The notes: generated by a model from the sequence alone, not told the origin. 64,000 nt of DNA from Butyrivibrio sp. (GCA_015056495.1 SVGC01000005.1:74982-138981), one strand, 5' to 3'; shown: positions 1 through 10,934, counted from the first letter of the stretch. Numbers and translations: made by a program.

Positions 1-21
1 GAAAAACAGTAATCTATAATA

Positions 22-675
22 CTACAAGCGGGTGGCTTCATATCTCTGTTTCATGACAAGGCATGTCTTGAGATCATCAAATCTCTGGTAAACATCACCT
101 TCATCAATCTGGACATCAATAGCCATAGCCATAATATCTATCATATCATTGGTAATGATCTGGCTCATCTGGCTGAGTATTGATAGCCTGTCCGCTGTTT
201 CACTAGCATCAAGAAATTTTACAACAAGTGGATGCAGATTAAGTGTCTCTGCTTCCTCTTCGATGGATTTGTCAGTGTTGTCGTAAACGACGTCTTCGCT
301 AATGCTGTCAACGCTAGCTGTCTTACTTATGTCAGGTTGTCTGACAGACTGTGAAGCTTCACCTACTCTATCAACATCAGGAGTGCCTGTTTTCTTATCA
401 CAACTTAAATCATTTTCCTGACTGATCTTATCATCTTTTTCAGGCAGACTTGATACTAACTCAAATCTATATTCTTGTGCTACATCCGGATATTTTGTTC
501 TATCAACTTTTGATGTGAACATATCCAGAGGTCTGCAATACACCTTGAAGTCACCATACAGCGCCTGATAAACAACAAGTTCTTCACCTGTCTCAGAATG
601 CTGAGCTATAGTCACTATCTGATACAGCTTGCCCTTAAAATGTCTATAAATTTCCTGTGGAATAGGTCTTCTCAA
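22..675 (-). CDS. DUF1653-domain protein with acidic C-terminal region
   Basis: The ORF 22..717 contains an IYRHFKGKLYQIV...ELVVYQALYGD block that matches the DUF1653 signature from memory. The likely start is the TTG at 675, preceded by GGGGAGG with 8 nt spacing. The longest-ORF start at 717 is also TTG but has no RBS. Confidence 0.55.
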   Translation of the reverse strand: MRRPIPQEIYRHFKGKLYQIVTIAQHSETGEELVVYQALYGDFKVYCRPLDMFTSKVDRTKYPDVAQEYRFELVSSLPEKDDKISQENDLSCDKKTGTPDVDRVGEASQSVRQPDISKTASVDSISEDVVYDNTDKSIEEEAETLNLHPLVVKFLDASETADRLSILSQMSQIITNDMIDIMAMAIDVQIDEGDVYQRFDDLKTCLVMKQRYEATRL

Positions 676-752
676 GTGTATTACCTCCCCAATAAATAAA
701 CTAACCGTACCTATCAAGTATAAACGTTATGGACTATTATTTCAAATCACTG

Positions 753-1808
753 TTATTTACATTTCTTAACCATTTTTATGCAGTTACTAATATATGCCAC
801 ACAAGGCTTTTCAATATATTGGGTTAGCACTATTCCAGTTATTAGCGATTCTGCAGTAACTATCATCATTCTCAAAATTGCATTAAGCCTTATATCTGAC
901 AAAGTAAAACCGAATTTATCATAATACCTGATAAAAATCCCAAAATGAAATAAATATATAGCATATGAGTATTTCCCAAGTAATTTGACTATTGGATTAT
1001 TTAATATCCAAATAGGATAAATTTTCTGGCTGATAAACCACAATGCATACGCAATTCCCCAAAGTGTAAAACCAGAAAGCATATATACATTTGTTCCACG
1101 ATATATTAATCCATATTGCAATACTATACTTAAAAATATAATCACAAATGACAATACCTTTTTATGATTAACCATGCTCTCTAAATCAATAGCTTGCATT
1201 AGTCTGTATAATGCAATTCCAATGAGCATAACAGGTAGCTGATTCCAAAATCCAAAATCGGAAATATACGTATTCCATATATGTAAATCATCTGCAGGGA
1301 GTATTCTTAATTCCTGCAGATAGGGTAATCCAAAATGTAATACTATATTAGTTCCTACAATCCAAGATATAGCGGCAGATGTTGAATGAATTGCCTTGTA
1401 TAATAGTGGCATCATTACTATAAGAATTGCAATATCTCCCACATACCATTCAACTGAAATTACTGAATCCATGTAATAGGGAAAAAGACCATGTATAAAA
1501 AGAAGATGCGAAATAATGTTACTAAAAGTTACATGACCTTGACTTCCAAGCCAGTATCTACTATATCCTCCGGTTAACATATGAACTATTATTGATAGAT
1601 AGAACAAAGGAATTAAACGAATGAATCTCTTTAGAATCCAATAAAAAATGTCACGTAATTCTACATTACCATTCTTAATAATCACAACACGATCATAAGA
1701 TGAATACATTAAAAATGCACTTACTACAAAGAACATTTGACACATTCTTGCTCCTGATCCTGCAAACTGAGCTACTCTTCCTTCTCCCCACAATCCGGAA
1801 TGCACCAT
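753..1808 (-). CDS. Acyltransferase family 3 (membrane O-acyltransferase), body of a frame-interrupted gene
   Basis: The 351-aa polytopic membrane ORF is markedly AT-rich. In the same frame, upstream of the internal ATG, it reads DYIDALKGWAILGTIMVHSG, the canonical acyltransferase-3 N-terminal motif. That frame has no start codon and stops at 1905-1907 inside the repeat. The RBS+ATG at 1917 is in a different frame. Confidence 0.8.
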   Translation of the reverse strand: MVHSGLWGEGRVAQFAGSGARMCQMFFVVSAFLMYSSYDRVVIIKNGNVELRDIFYWILKRFIRLIPLFYLSIIVHMLTGGYSRYWLGSQGHVTFSNIISHLLFIHGLFPYYMDSVISVEWYVGDIAILIVMMPLLYKAIHSTSAAISWIVGTNIVLHFGLPYLQELRILPADDLHIWNTYISDFGFWNQLPVMLIGIALYRLMQAIDLESMVNHKKVLSFVIIFLSIVLQYGLIYRGTNVYMLSGFTLWGIAYALWFISQKIYPIWILNNPIVKLLGKYSYAIYLFHFGIFIRYYDKFGFTLSDIRLNAILRMMIVTAESLITGIVLTQYIEKPCVAYISNCIKMVKKCK

Positions 1809-1853
1809 TATCGTACCTAAAATAGCCCACCCTTTTAATGCATCAATATAGTC

Positions 1854-1906
<53 letters not shown>

Positions 1907-2018
1907 AACATTGTCATTTTGACTGCTCCTTGTCAACTATATCTTTAATAATATATTCATATTTTGAAAGCTATCAGCATTTCAAAAAAAACAGATTTTA
2001 ATCTAATCTCTCATTTTT

Positions 2019-2296
2019 AATCCGTAATAATTTATGACTGTTATCGGATCTTTTTTAACTTCAGCTATTTTAATCCGAAATTTTAATACCTCTTCTTCGG
2101 CTCATTTTATGCATTCCCTATTTAAATCCGTAATGCTACTACTTTTTCTTAGGCCCTTTTGAGTTTTTTTATATTTGAATCCGTAATACCACTACTTTTT
2201 CTTAGGATCTTTTGAGTTTTTTCATATTTGAATCCGTAATACCACTACTTTTTCTTAGGCTCTTTTGAGGTTTTTACTATTTGAATCCGTAATATT
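2019..2296. repeat. Tandem array with exact 53-bp period, about 5.3 units, degenerating leftward
   Basis: The core AATCCG(T/A)AAT begins at 2019, 2072, 2125, 2178, 2231 and 2284, each spaced exactly 53 bp. Units 3-5 are about 90% identical over the whole unit. Units 1-2 keep mainly the core. Confidence 0.9.
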
Positions 2297-2349
2297 CATT
2301 TTTCAGCTTGAAAGCCAAACCAATTTAAGACTGTAACATAATGCCTTTC

Positions 2350-3360
2350 TCACGCCGTAGAACTGATTATGATCATCTCCAGGCTGATACCCGCATCTAG
2401 CTTGCCGCTCTTTACTGCCTCGTCATTGGAAACGCATAATTCCAGGGTATTTTTTAATTCCTCCATGCTATATCGCTGTGCCCAGTTGATGTACTTGGAC
2501 GCGATGAATGGAGGCAGTTTGATCACAGAAGCAATTGTCTGCCTATCCTTGGAATTAGTGACCATCTCTTTTACCTGAAGCATGATATTGAACTGCCTGA
2601 TAATAAGCGCCTGAATCTTTGGTGCAGGCTCTTTAAGTGCTAGCAGGTCATAATACAGATCGATGGCTTTTTTCTGATTTTTTTCTACTATGGCATCTGT
2701 CATATCAAATATACGACTGGTAAGCCAGTTTGCACAAACCGCGTCTACATCTTCTTTTGATATCTCATCTTTATCAATGCAGTAGCAGATTAGTTTTTCA
2801 ACTTCGTTGACAATATTGGCCATATCAGTACCAACTCTGTCTATTAGATAGGCAAGTGCCATAGGTGATATGTTTTTGCCTTCTTTTCTGACATTCATTG
2901 CCACCCATTTTTTCAAAGTCTCTTCATCCTGCTTGTCACAACTGATATCAAGGCCTTTGGCATGGACAGCTTTATACATATCTTTTCTTTTATCTACGTC
3001 TGTTTCCACAAAAATAAAACTGGTAGTCTCAGACTGATTTTTGATGTATTCCGCAAGCTCCGGACAGCCACTTTTAAACAGTCCACTGTTCTCAATGATT
3101 ATGACTCTTCTTTCAGCAAAAAAAGGCATAGTCTCAGCCATGTCGATCACTTCCAGAGGATTGATACCACTGCCTTCATAGTGATGTAAATTCATCTTAT
3201 CAGCTCCTGCCATCATTGCATTGGCAAGCTTATCTCTGTTCTGAAGCCTTAGATAAACTTCTTCTCCAAATATAAGGTAGCAAGGCTTAAAGTTTCCTGT
3301 TTTAACATCATCATTGATCTGTCGTTGCTTAACCGGATAGTCAGTTGTCTTATCTGCCAT
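2350..3360 (-). CDS. holA: DNA polymerase III delta subunit
   Basis: 336-aa ORF with a typical HolA N-terminus (CYLIFGEEVYL) and size. It sits in the conserved Firmicutes position after comEC. Confidence 0.8.
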   Translation of the reverse strand: MADKTTDYPVKQRQINDDVKTGNFKPCYLIFGEEVYLRLQNRDKLANAMMAGADKMNLHHYEGSGINPLEVIDMAETMPFFAERRVIIIENSGLFKSGCPELAEYIKNQSETTSFIFVETDVDKRKDMYKAVHAKGLDISCDKQDEETLKKWVAMNVRKEGKNISPMALAYLIDRVGTDMANIVNEVEKLICYCIDKDEISKEDVDAVCANWLTSRIFDMTDAIVEKNQKKAIDLYYDLLALKEPAPKIQALIIRQFNIMLQVKEMVTNSKDRQTIASVIKLPPFIASKYINWAQRYSMEELKNTLELCVSNDEAVKSGKLDAGISLEMIIISSTA

Positions 3361-3424
3361 AATATGTTCCTTTTACGCATTAAGCAGTGACTACCTTAAT
3401 AGCCACTGCTTAACTAAAATAATC

Positions 3425-4900
3425 TTAATTCAATTTTAAACTATCATAGAAAGATTTGCACGCAGGATATAATTTTTTGAATGCCTGATATCTGTTTTCA
3501 TATTTTGCTGTAAGTTCTTTATCAGGTTCTTCGCTTCCTACTATCTCTACTATTGCCTTGCAAGCTTCTTCAACTGATGAATATACTCCGCATGCTACCA
3601 TTGCAAGCATTGCACCGCCCATACTTGGACCTTCCTCTGTCTTTGGAATATCAACAGTAACATTAAGGATATTTGCTACCATTTTTCTCCAGAGAGGGCT
3701 CTTAGCACCGCCGCCGCAAAGAGTTGTGCGATTGATCACTATTCCCTGCTTTCTTGCAACTTCAAGAGAATCACGAAGACCAAATACAACGCCTTCAAGC
3801 ACTGCCTGTGTCATATCTTCTCTTGTTGTATCCATTGACATACCAATAAATGCTGCTCTTGCATCCGGGTTGTTATGTGGTGAACGCTCACCCATCAGAT
3901 ATGGCATATAGAAAACAGTGTTTTCACCAAGCTTTTCTATTCCCTTCTGTTCTGCAGCGTAGTCCTTGGTACGGATTATTTCATCCATCCACCATTTATT
4001 GCAGGAAGCTGCACTGAGCATGCATCCCATAAGGTGATAGCCTCCATCTGCATGGTCAAAAGAATGGAGTGCATTGTTGTCATCAACGCTGAATGTATCT
4101 GATGAAATAAAGATTGTTCCACTGGTTCCAAGGGAAATATTACATTTTCCGTTTCCAACTGTTCCTGTACCAACAGCTGCTGCCGCATTGTCACCAGCAC
4201 CTGCTGCGATAACTGTTTCTTCTGAAAGTCCCAGCTCTGCAGCAATTTCAGGTTTTAATGTGCCAACCTTTTCATAACTTTCAAACAGCTGTGGAAGCAT
4301 ATCTTCTGTGATTCCACAGATATCAAGCATTTCCTTAGACCACTTTCTATTCTTAACATCCAGGAGCAGCATTCCTGAAGCATCTGAAAGGTCAGTAGCA
4401 AATGTTCCTGAGAGTTTGTATGCAAGATAGTCCTTTGGAAGCATTATCTTTTTGATGCGAGCAAAGTTTTCTGGCTCGTTGTTTTTTACCCAGAGGATCT
4501 TAGGTGCTGTAAATCCTGCAAATGCAATGTTTGCAGTGTACTCAGAGAGTTTATCCTTGCCAATTTCTGTATTGAGATATTCTGTTTCTTTAGTTGTTCT
4601 TCCGTCATTCCAGAGAATTGCAGGTCTTATAACCTGGTCATTTTCATCAAGGATAACAAGGCCGTGCATCTGTCCGCCAAAGCTGATTCCTTTGATTTCT
4701 TCCTTAGGGAAGTCTTTTATAAGTTCTTTTAATCCTGCAATTGACTGTGTGTACCAGTCTTCAGGCTTTTGTTCTGACCATCCTGAGTGTGGAAAATAGA
4801 GTTCATATTCCTTTGAAACAATATTCTTAATATTTCCTTTTTCATCTGTAAGCAGCAGCTTCACAGATGATGTTCCCAAATCAATACCTACAAATAACAT
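3425..4900 (-). CDS. xylB: Xylulokinase (FGGY carbohydrate kinase)
   Basis: Motifs present: GIDLGTSSVK, FGGQMHGLV and GAGDNAAAAVGTG. The start is taken at M21 (ATG 4900), preceded by GGAGGAG. The longer ORF to 4960 has no RBS. Confidence 0.75.
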   Translation of the reverse strand: MLFVGIDLGTSSVKLLLTDEKGNIKNIVSKEYELYFPHSGWSEQKPEDWYTQSIAGLKELIKDFPKEEIKGISFGGQMHGLVILDENDQVIRPAILWNDGRTTKETEYLNTEIGKDKLSEYTANIAFAGFTAPKILWVKNNEPENFARIKKIMLPKDYLAYKLSGTFATDLSDASGMLLLDVKNRKWSKEMLDICGITEDMLPQLFESYEKVGTLKPEIAAELGLSEETVIAAGAGDNAAAAVGTGTVGNGKCNISLGTSGTIFISSDTFSVDDNNALHSFDHADGGYHLMGCMLSAASCNKWWMDEIIRTKDYAAEQKGIEKLGENTVFYMPYLMGERSPHNNPDARAAFIGMSMDTTREDMTQAVLEGVVFGLRDSLEVARKQGIVINRTTLCGGGAKSPLWRKMVANILNVTVDIPKTEEGPSMGGAMLAMVACGVYSSVEEACKAIVEIVGSEEPDKELTAKYENRYQAFKKLYPACKSFYDSLKLN

Positions 4901-5215
4901 ACGTACTCCTCCAATATTTTTCGTTAATTCACACTGTGGATTTGGGGACGGCTGATGCATATTGTATTCAGCCCTGTTCTCCGATTTTGTGTGAGTTTAA
5001 GATAATGATTAACTGTTTTTTGTGTTAGGATTTTGTCAGGCTTTCTTCGCTGCGCTGGAAAGCCATCTTATAGGTTATTATAATGCATATTCGAGCTATT
5101 TTACTATTGAATTATTGCTATTTGGTTATTAGATTTTGGTGAGATTTTTGGGTGCAGTGCATCTTTTTGTTGTATTTACCTGTTGCTTTTTGCATTTTTC
5201 AATTTCTCAACAGGC

Positions 5216-7621
5216 TTAATTAGTGTTTTGGGTAATAAAAGTTTTACATGTGATCCGTTGGGTATCAAATTTGTCTACGGTTATTGTTATGCAGCCTTGC
5301 TGGTCTGTGCGATAGATTTTGGAACCTATGGAATCCAGTCGATCTAATACTTCCTGATGGGGATGTCCGTAAGTGTTGTTTTTACCGCAACTGATGATGG
5401 CTATCTGCGGATCTACAAGATTCAGAAATTCCTGATCTGTGGTGTATCTGCTGCCGTGGTGAGCTACTTTCAGGAGGGTGACTTGTGCAGGAAGGGAATG
5501 AATATCAGATATCTCTACATCTGAAGCTCTCGAAGCCGCAGTCAACGACCGATCCTGGCCTAAACTGCTTTCTTTGATATATTCGGTCAGTTCTTCCTGT
5601 CCTTGTCCTTCTACATCGCCTGTGAGGAGGGCTGTGAAGGATCTGTATTTTACATAGAGTATTGTGGAATAGGCATTAGGTTCGTCTGTATACATATCTC
5701 TTACCGGACCAAGGCAGGAGATGGACAGGTCTTTATTTCCGGTCTTAATGGTATCTTCCCGGCTAATGTATGAGACAGGGATGTGATACAGAGCTGCTGC
5801 CTGCTCAAGTTTTCTATAATTTTCCTTCTTGGCTTTGTCTGATATGTCAGGAAGGATCAGGTTGTCTATCCTGATCCCGTCATTGACTGTATCCTCCATA
5901 AGCTCCATCATTCCGCTCATGTGGTCTTCATCTTCATGGGTCAATATGACTGCATTTAAATGTCCTATGCCTTCATAGGCAAGAAAAGGCTTTAACTGAT
6001 ATTTTCCAACTTCTTTTTTGCTGGTACTTCCTCCGTCAATAAGATAAGCCTCCCTGCCTGATTCAATCACTATCCCATCTCCCTGACCCACATCAAGAAA
6101 TGATATCTTAAGGCCATAGCTGGGTCTGTAAAAGATAATGATAAGCCCTGCAATAATGAGAGCGCTTCTGATCACGAAAAGCTGCGTTTCTTTGCAGTTT
6201 CTGTATTTCATTTTTATCATTTTATTATGTAAAGCAAAGAGTCTTTGTGTAATATGGACATCATGCAAAATTACATATGCTGCTATCAATAGCAGATATA
6301 TCACCACCTGCCATAGCTCTGCATGACCAACATATGCAGTTCCACCCGGAAGTCTGCCTGTTCCTTTGCAGCTGTATTCGTAGAATTTCAAGATCAAATG
6401 TATGACAAATCCAGGCAGAAGCCCTGCAACTTCCCATATAAGTCCAAGTAAGATGCACAGGATCCCTGCGATCATCAGTACCGGCATCAGAGGTAATACT
6501 ATTATGTTTAAGACTGACGCATATATAGGAACTGAGTAATAGTAATTCATATAAACGGGAAGAGTCACAAGCAATATAGCTACAGAGCCTGTCAAAGATC
6601 TTATTACTATCCTCATTAACCTTACAGTCCAGGTCACCGCTGCATTTTTCTCAATAATATACACATGATCAAATACTGTTACCACATCGCTCTGTAAAGC
6701 AGGAAGCACATAACCTAAGGCACAGACTGCTCCAAAAGACATAAGGAATCCGCTGTGATGAAGGTAAAGTGGATTACCCAACACAAGGAGTACTCCGGGA
6801 ACAGCCATGGCTGTCATCATATCATAGGTTCTGTTTAGCATATGGGAAAAAATATTTATGGCAAACATAAGTATTGCTCTATAAGCAGAAGGACTCATGC
6901 CACACATCACACCATAGGACCACATAATAAACACTGATATAACAAAAGCAGCGCTCTTATTAACACCTGATTTCCTCAACAGCTTGTAGATTCCCATACC
7001 GATAATTGATATATGGAGTCCGCTTACTGCAAGAATATGTATGATTCCACTCTTTTTATATAGCTCATTTGTTTCATCATCCATAAAAGCCTTATCTCCA
7101 AGCAGTACTGCTTTCATGATGGCAGCATCTCTGTATTCAAGGCAGTTATCTAATACCTTTTCCAGTCTGCACCTGAGCTTCCACAAAGACTCTCTATATA
7201 GATCCGCTTTTCCACCACTGGCTGTGATATGGGCCTTTTGTATACGATATGAAATTTTCAATATGCGATAATATTCTAAGCTGTCAAACTCTCCGGGATT
7301 GGTGGCATTTGAGAATGGCCAGTATGTGCCTTCCACCTCTACATAAGAACCGATGGAGGATATCTTTTTTGCCAGAATATCCTCCGTCGTATCAAGATAA
7401 CACTGAACCTTCAGTTCCTTATCTTCAACAGATTGCAGATACAGTATCTGACTGATCTGCCCTCTGCTATTTAACTTATATTCCTTTTGATATATTTTCC
7501 CTGTGAAACTAATTTTAGAACCGCCAGGGTCTGCAACTGCAGTTTCCGGCGGAAAGATCAGTAAGAAAAAATAGACAGCCACCACAAATAAAATGGATAT
7601 ATTTAATAGTGGGCGTTTCAT
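5216..7621 (-). CDS. comEC: DNA internalization competence protein ComEC/Rec2 (competence domain plus metallo-beta-lactamase domain)
   Basis: 801-aa polytopic protein. The C-terminus carries LTHEDEDHMSG and VAHHGS beta-lactamase-fold motifs. Synteny with holA and comEA supports the call. Confidence 0.85.
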   Translation of the reverse strand: MKRPLLNISILFVVAVYFFLLIFPPETAVADPGGSKISFTGKIYQKEYKLNSRGQISQILYLQSVEDKELKVQCYLDTTEDILAKKISSIGSYVEVEGTYWPFSNATNPGEFDSLEYYRILKISYRIQKAHITASGGKADLYRESLWKLRCRLEKVLDNCLEYRDAAIMKAVLLGDKAFMDDETNELYKKSGIIHILAVSGLHISIIGMGIYKLLRKSGVNKSAAFVISVFIMWSYGVMCGMSPSAYRAILMFAINIFSHMLNRTYDMMTAMAVPGVLLVLGNPLYLHHSGFLMSFGAVCALGYVLPALQSDVVTVFDHVYIIEKNAAVTWTVRLMRIVIRSLTGSVAILLVTLPVYMNYYYSVPIYASVLNIIVLPLMPVLMIAGILCILLGLIWEVAGLLPGFVIHLILKFYEYSCKGTGRLPGGTAYVGHAELWQVVIYLLLIAAYVILHDVHITQRLFALHNKMIKMKYRNCKETQLFVIRSALIIAGLIIIFYRPSYGLKISFLDVGQGDGIVIESGREAYLIDGGSTSKKEVGKYQLKPFLAYEGIGHLNAVILTHEDEDHMSGMMELMEDTVNDGIRIDNLILPDISDKAKKENYRKLEQAAALYHIPVSYISREDTIKTGNKDLSISCLGPVRDMYTDEPNAYSTILYVKYRSFTALLTGDVEGQGQEELTEYIKESSLGQDRSLTAASRASDVEISDIHSLPAQVTLLKVAHHGSRYTTDQEFLNLVDPQIAIISCGKNNTYGHPHQEVLDRLDSIGSKIYRTDQQGCITITVDKFDTQRITCKTFITQNTN

Positions 7622-7694
7622 ATTACTCCAATTTGATCATCTAAATCATAAATACACATGAAATGCTTTTGGCATATCATAAAAAATCACTTTA

Positions 7695-8633
7695 TTACTG
7701 CACAATATCGAGATTGCGCTCAAACATGGTGCTAAGATTCATGTTCTCCATAAATGTTACATTGGTTTCTCCATTTATGGATATCTGAACCTTGTTTACT
7801 TCAGTTATATTGACCAGAGTGTTAACCAGTGAATATATGGCAACTTCTGATGTGACATTATTGGGCTGTGTGAGGAAACTAGTGTCAAAATCCACATAGC
7901 ACACACCGTCCCTTACAGTTATGCTGTTTAATTTGGCATCCGGATTGAGGGTTGCAAAAGCTATGTCTGTATTTGGTCCCTTAAGCAGCTGTTCAACAGC
8001 AAGTCTCTCCATAGAGATATTACTGTTATAAACCACTTCTCTATAAACCGGCTGCAGGGCTGTTCCATCTTCATTGGCAAAATAAAGCATCAGCTCAACT
8101 TTTTCATAAGTATTGATCTCGTTACCGGCATTATAAATAAAAGTATCTGCTGTCATGGTGCCTATTACACTGCCCTTTGAATCAGAAAGAGGCAGACCAT
8201 CTACCAAAAATGCTACACTTGTGACTTCATCAAGCTGAGTAAAAGTTCTGACCAAAGATGCCCTTACCAGGATTTCTTTTGTAGTACTGAGATTGTTGTA
8301 TCTTTTTTCAAAATTAAGGGTAAGAAGTCCTTCATTTATCGTATAGCCAATGAGACTTACTTCTCCGGAAATAGGTGCTTCATATTCAAGCTTGGAGGGA
8401 ATTGTCTCCAACTGTGTCAGAAGCTCATTGATCACAGCATCTGTATCAGTGATATCGCTCTGTATCTCGTAATCCTGTGAAACAATCCCTGTCTCTGCCT
8501 TATTGACATAGTAGACCTGCTTGATCTTAGGATTATCAGCGTTGCCATCATTACTGCATGAAGAGATGCTGCCCATTACAAGTATAGCAACAAGGAACAA
8601 TATTAAGTTTTTCATCTTTGCTACACTTTTCAT
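7695..8633 (-). CDS. GerMN-domain lipoprotein
   Basis: Lipobox LVMGSISSC is followed by two GerMN-like repeats. A GGAG RBS precedes the ATG at 8633. It lies downstream of the histidine kinase. Confidence 0.6.
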   Translation of the reverse strand: MKSVAKMKNLILFLVAILVMGSISSCSNDGNADNPKIKQVYYVNKAETGIVSQDYEIQSDITDTDAVINELLTQLETIPSKLEYEAPISGEVSLIGYTINEGLLTLNFEKRYNNLSTTKEILVRASLVRTFTQLDEVTSVAFLVDGLPLSDSKGSVIGTMTADTFIYNAGNEINTYEKVELMLYFANEDGTALQPVYREVVYNSNISMERLAVEQLLKGPNTDIAFATLNPDAKLNSITVRDGVCYVDFDTSFLTQPNNVTSEVAIYSLVNTLVNITEVNKVQISINGETNVTFMENMNLSTMFERNLDIVQ

Positions 8634-8676
8634 GCTCAGTCTCCGATCATTTAGCTATTGCATAATTCATGGCTGG

Positions 8677-10206
8677 TCATTTCTTAGCCTGATTATCATT
8701 TACAACATAAGTTAAAGGAATTCTGACTGTAAAGGTCGTTCCCTTATCAAGTTCACTTTCAACATTGATAGAACCACGATGCATAAGTACTGCACTTCTG
8801 GCAATGGCAAGTCCAAGACCTGTACCTCCGATCTCTCTGGAGCGTGATTTATCAACTCTGTAAAATCTCTCGTAAATATGTTCAATGGATTCCTGAGGTA
8901 TGCCCGTTCCGGAATCACTTACTGTTACTGTAAAGAACTGGTGATCAGCATCCAATATTACCTTGACCCATCCACCATCCTTATTATATTTGATGGCGTT
9001 TTCCACAAGATTCATGATAACAAGGGATAACTTTACTTCATCCACTTCAGCAGTGATCTGACGTCTACTTTCGAGGGTGAGATCAATATTTTGCTTTCTG
9101 GCTATTGGTCTGAGTCTCTTCATGATAACTTCTGTCATCTGCTCAATATCAACTGAAGTTATGTTCAGGTCTGTAGATTTCTTATCCATCTTGACCAGAG
9201 CCAGCAAGTCATTGATTATCTTATCTTCTCTATCAATTTCCTGATCGATATCAACCATGAATTCTCTATAGACCTCATTTGGTATATTTTCCTCTGCCAA
9301 AAGAGATCCAGCCAAAACCTTCATTGATGTTATAGGAGTTTTTAACTCATGTGATACATTAGAAACAAACTCATTTCTTGAATCATCCAGAGTCTTCATC
9401 CTTGCCTGCAACTGGTTAAATGCATCTACAATATGCTCTGTCTCCGTATAATGCGAAGCCTGGATAGGTTTGTCTGAATAGCCTGACTTCATATCATTGA
9501 TTGCCTTTGTTATCTTTTCAAAAGGCACCATGAGCCGATTTGAAGCCCATATAGCAAAAACAAATATCACAATGATCAATATGATCTCGATAGTAAGAGC
9601 TCTTCTGGACAATATACTAAGCGTATTGCCTATATAGTCTGTGGATACGCTTATAAGAAGAACGCCTTTAACTACATCTACAGTACTGGTATTGTTCAGG
9701 ACATCTCCATCCTCAAGACTCTGCGTCTGAGTAATAGGTGTAGTCATCTCGATATATCCATTCTGGCTATCGTATTTGGACGTAGCACCTGCAGTTCCTG
9801 ATTTCAGACAGCTGACAACTTCTTCTGAAATAATAGTCTTACCTGCACTGATATTGTAAGTATCCTTTACTATCTGCAGATTGTCGTTAATGACCATTAC
9901 ACGCCCGTCATACAGATTGGCCAATAATTCAAGCTCAGCATTAATAACCTCTGATGAGGTGTCTGATAAATAATTATACGTAATAAGGTGATTTGCCAGA
10001 ATCTTCATCTGTGTTGAGACTTCACTTGTTCTGACATCGATTGCACGATTTTCATAGTTTTCAAGGATATTGACCCTCATTACTTCACAGGATATTATTC
10101 CTGCAAAAAAGACAACTATGAAAATACGCGCTCTTAGACTTTTGATAAAATCGATAATTTTATGTCGTCCCGTAATTTCAAATACACTACGACTACTTAC
10201 ACTCAT
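8677..10206 (-). CDS. Sensor histidine kinase (2 TM, HAMP, HisKA, HATPase)
   Basis: H-box SHELKTPITSM and the N/G boxes NAIKYN and GTGLGLAIA are present. Confidence 0.85.
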   Translation of the reverse strand: MSVSSRSVFEITGRHKIIDFIKSLRARIFIVVFFAGIISCEVMRVNILENYENRAIDVRTSEVSTQMKILANHLITYNYLSDTSSEVINAELELLANLYDGRVMVINDNLQIVKDTYNISAGKTIISEEVVSCLKSGTAGATSKYDSQNGYIEMTTPITQTQSLEDGDVLNNTSTVDVVKGVLLISVSTDYIGNTLSILSRRALTIEIILIIVIFVFAIWASNRLMVPFEKITKAINDMKSGYSDKPIQASHYTETEHIVDAFNQLQARMKTLDDSRNEFVSNVSHELKTPITSMKVLAGSLLAEENIPNEVYREFMVDIDQEIDREDKIINDLLALVKMDKKSTDLNITSVDIEQMTEVIMKRLRPIARKQNIDLTLESRRQITAEVDEVKLSLVIMNLVENAIKYNKDGGWVKVILDADHQFFTVTVSDSGTGIPQESIEHIYERFYRVDKSRSREIGGTGLGLAIARSAVLMHRGSINVESELDKGTTFTVRIPLTYVVNDNQAKK

Positions 10207-10221
10207 AACATACTACCTGAT

Positions 10222-10902
10222 CTATACCTGAAAATAATAACCAGAACCCCATTTTGTCTTAACATATCTTGGTTCACTTGGATTGCTTTCAAGCTTCTCT
10301 CTAAGCCTTCTGACATGAACATCTACAGTTCTCTCATCTCCAGGATACTCATCGCCCCAGATTGTCTTAAGCAATTCTTCTCTGCCATAAATCTTGCCAG
10401 GTGTAGATACCAGGAGTTCAAGTACTTCATACTCTCTACTGGTAAGATTGATCTCTTTATCTTTAACGTACACTCTTCTATATTCAGAATTTAATTGAAG
10501 ATCACCATATTTGATCACTGAAGGACTTGAATCTGACTTGCTTGTCCTACGCATGATTGCTTTGATACGAGCCTTTACCTCCAATATATTGAAAGGTTTA
10601 GTGATATAATCATCAGCTCCATATTCAAGACCCAGGATTTTGTCCATATCATCGCCTTTTGCAGTCAGCATGATGATAGGAACATTTGAAAAATCTCTGA
10701 TCTGCTGGCATACTTCAAAACCTGTAAGTTTTGGAAGCATCACATCTAATAGAATAATGTCATAGCTATTCTTTTTAGCAAGTTCTACTGCCTCTTCTCC
10801 ATCATATGCAGTATCAACTTCCAGATCATCCTGTTCCAAACTGAACTTCAGACCTTTTACGATAATTTTTTCATCATCAACAACCAATGCTCTTCTGGCC
10901 AT
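10222..10902 (-). CDS. OmpR/PhoB-family response regulator
   Basis: Receiver motifs (VVDDE, LLDVMLP, LTAK) plus a winged-helix C-terminus (VDVHVRRLREKL). Confidence 0.9.
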   Translation of the reverse strand: MARRALVVDDEKIIVKGLKFSLEQDDLEVDTAYDGEEAVELAKKNSYDIILLDVMLPKLTGFEVCQQIRDFSNVPIIMLTAKGDDMDKILGLEYGADDYITKPFNILEVKARIKAIMRRTSKSDSSPSVIKYGDLQLNSEYRRVYVKDKEINLTSREYEVLELLVSTPGKIYGREELLKTIWGDEYPGDERTVDVHVRRLREKLESNPSEPRYVKTKWGSGYYFQV

Positions 10903-10934
10903 TTCTTTTCCTCATTCTTGCCCGGCAAGAAAAC

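Noticed and set aside
2019-2296. Reading the 53-bp array as a degenerate CRISPR array.
   Set aside because: In units 3-5 the would-be spacers are as conserved as the would-be repeats. There is no palindromic repeat core and there are no cas genes. It is a plain tandem duplication array.
4901-4960. The 20-codon N-terminal extension of xylB.
   Set aside because: There is no RBS at 4960. The ATG at 4900 has GGAGGAG at the correct spacing and yields the canonical FGGY start MLFVGIDLGTS.
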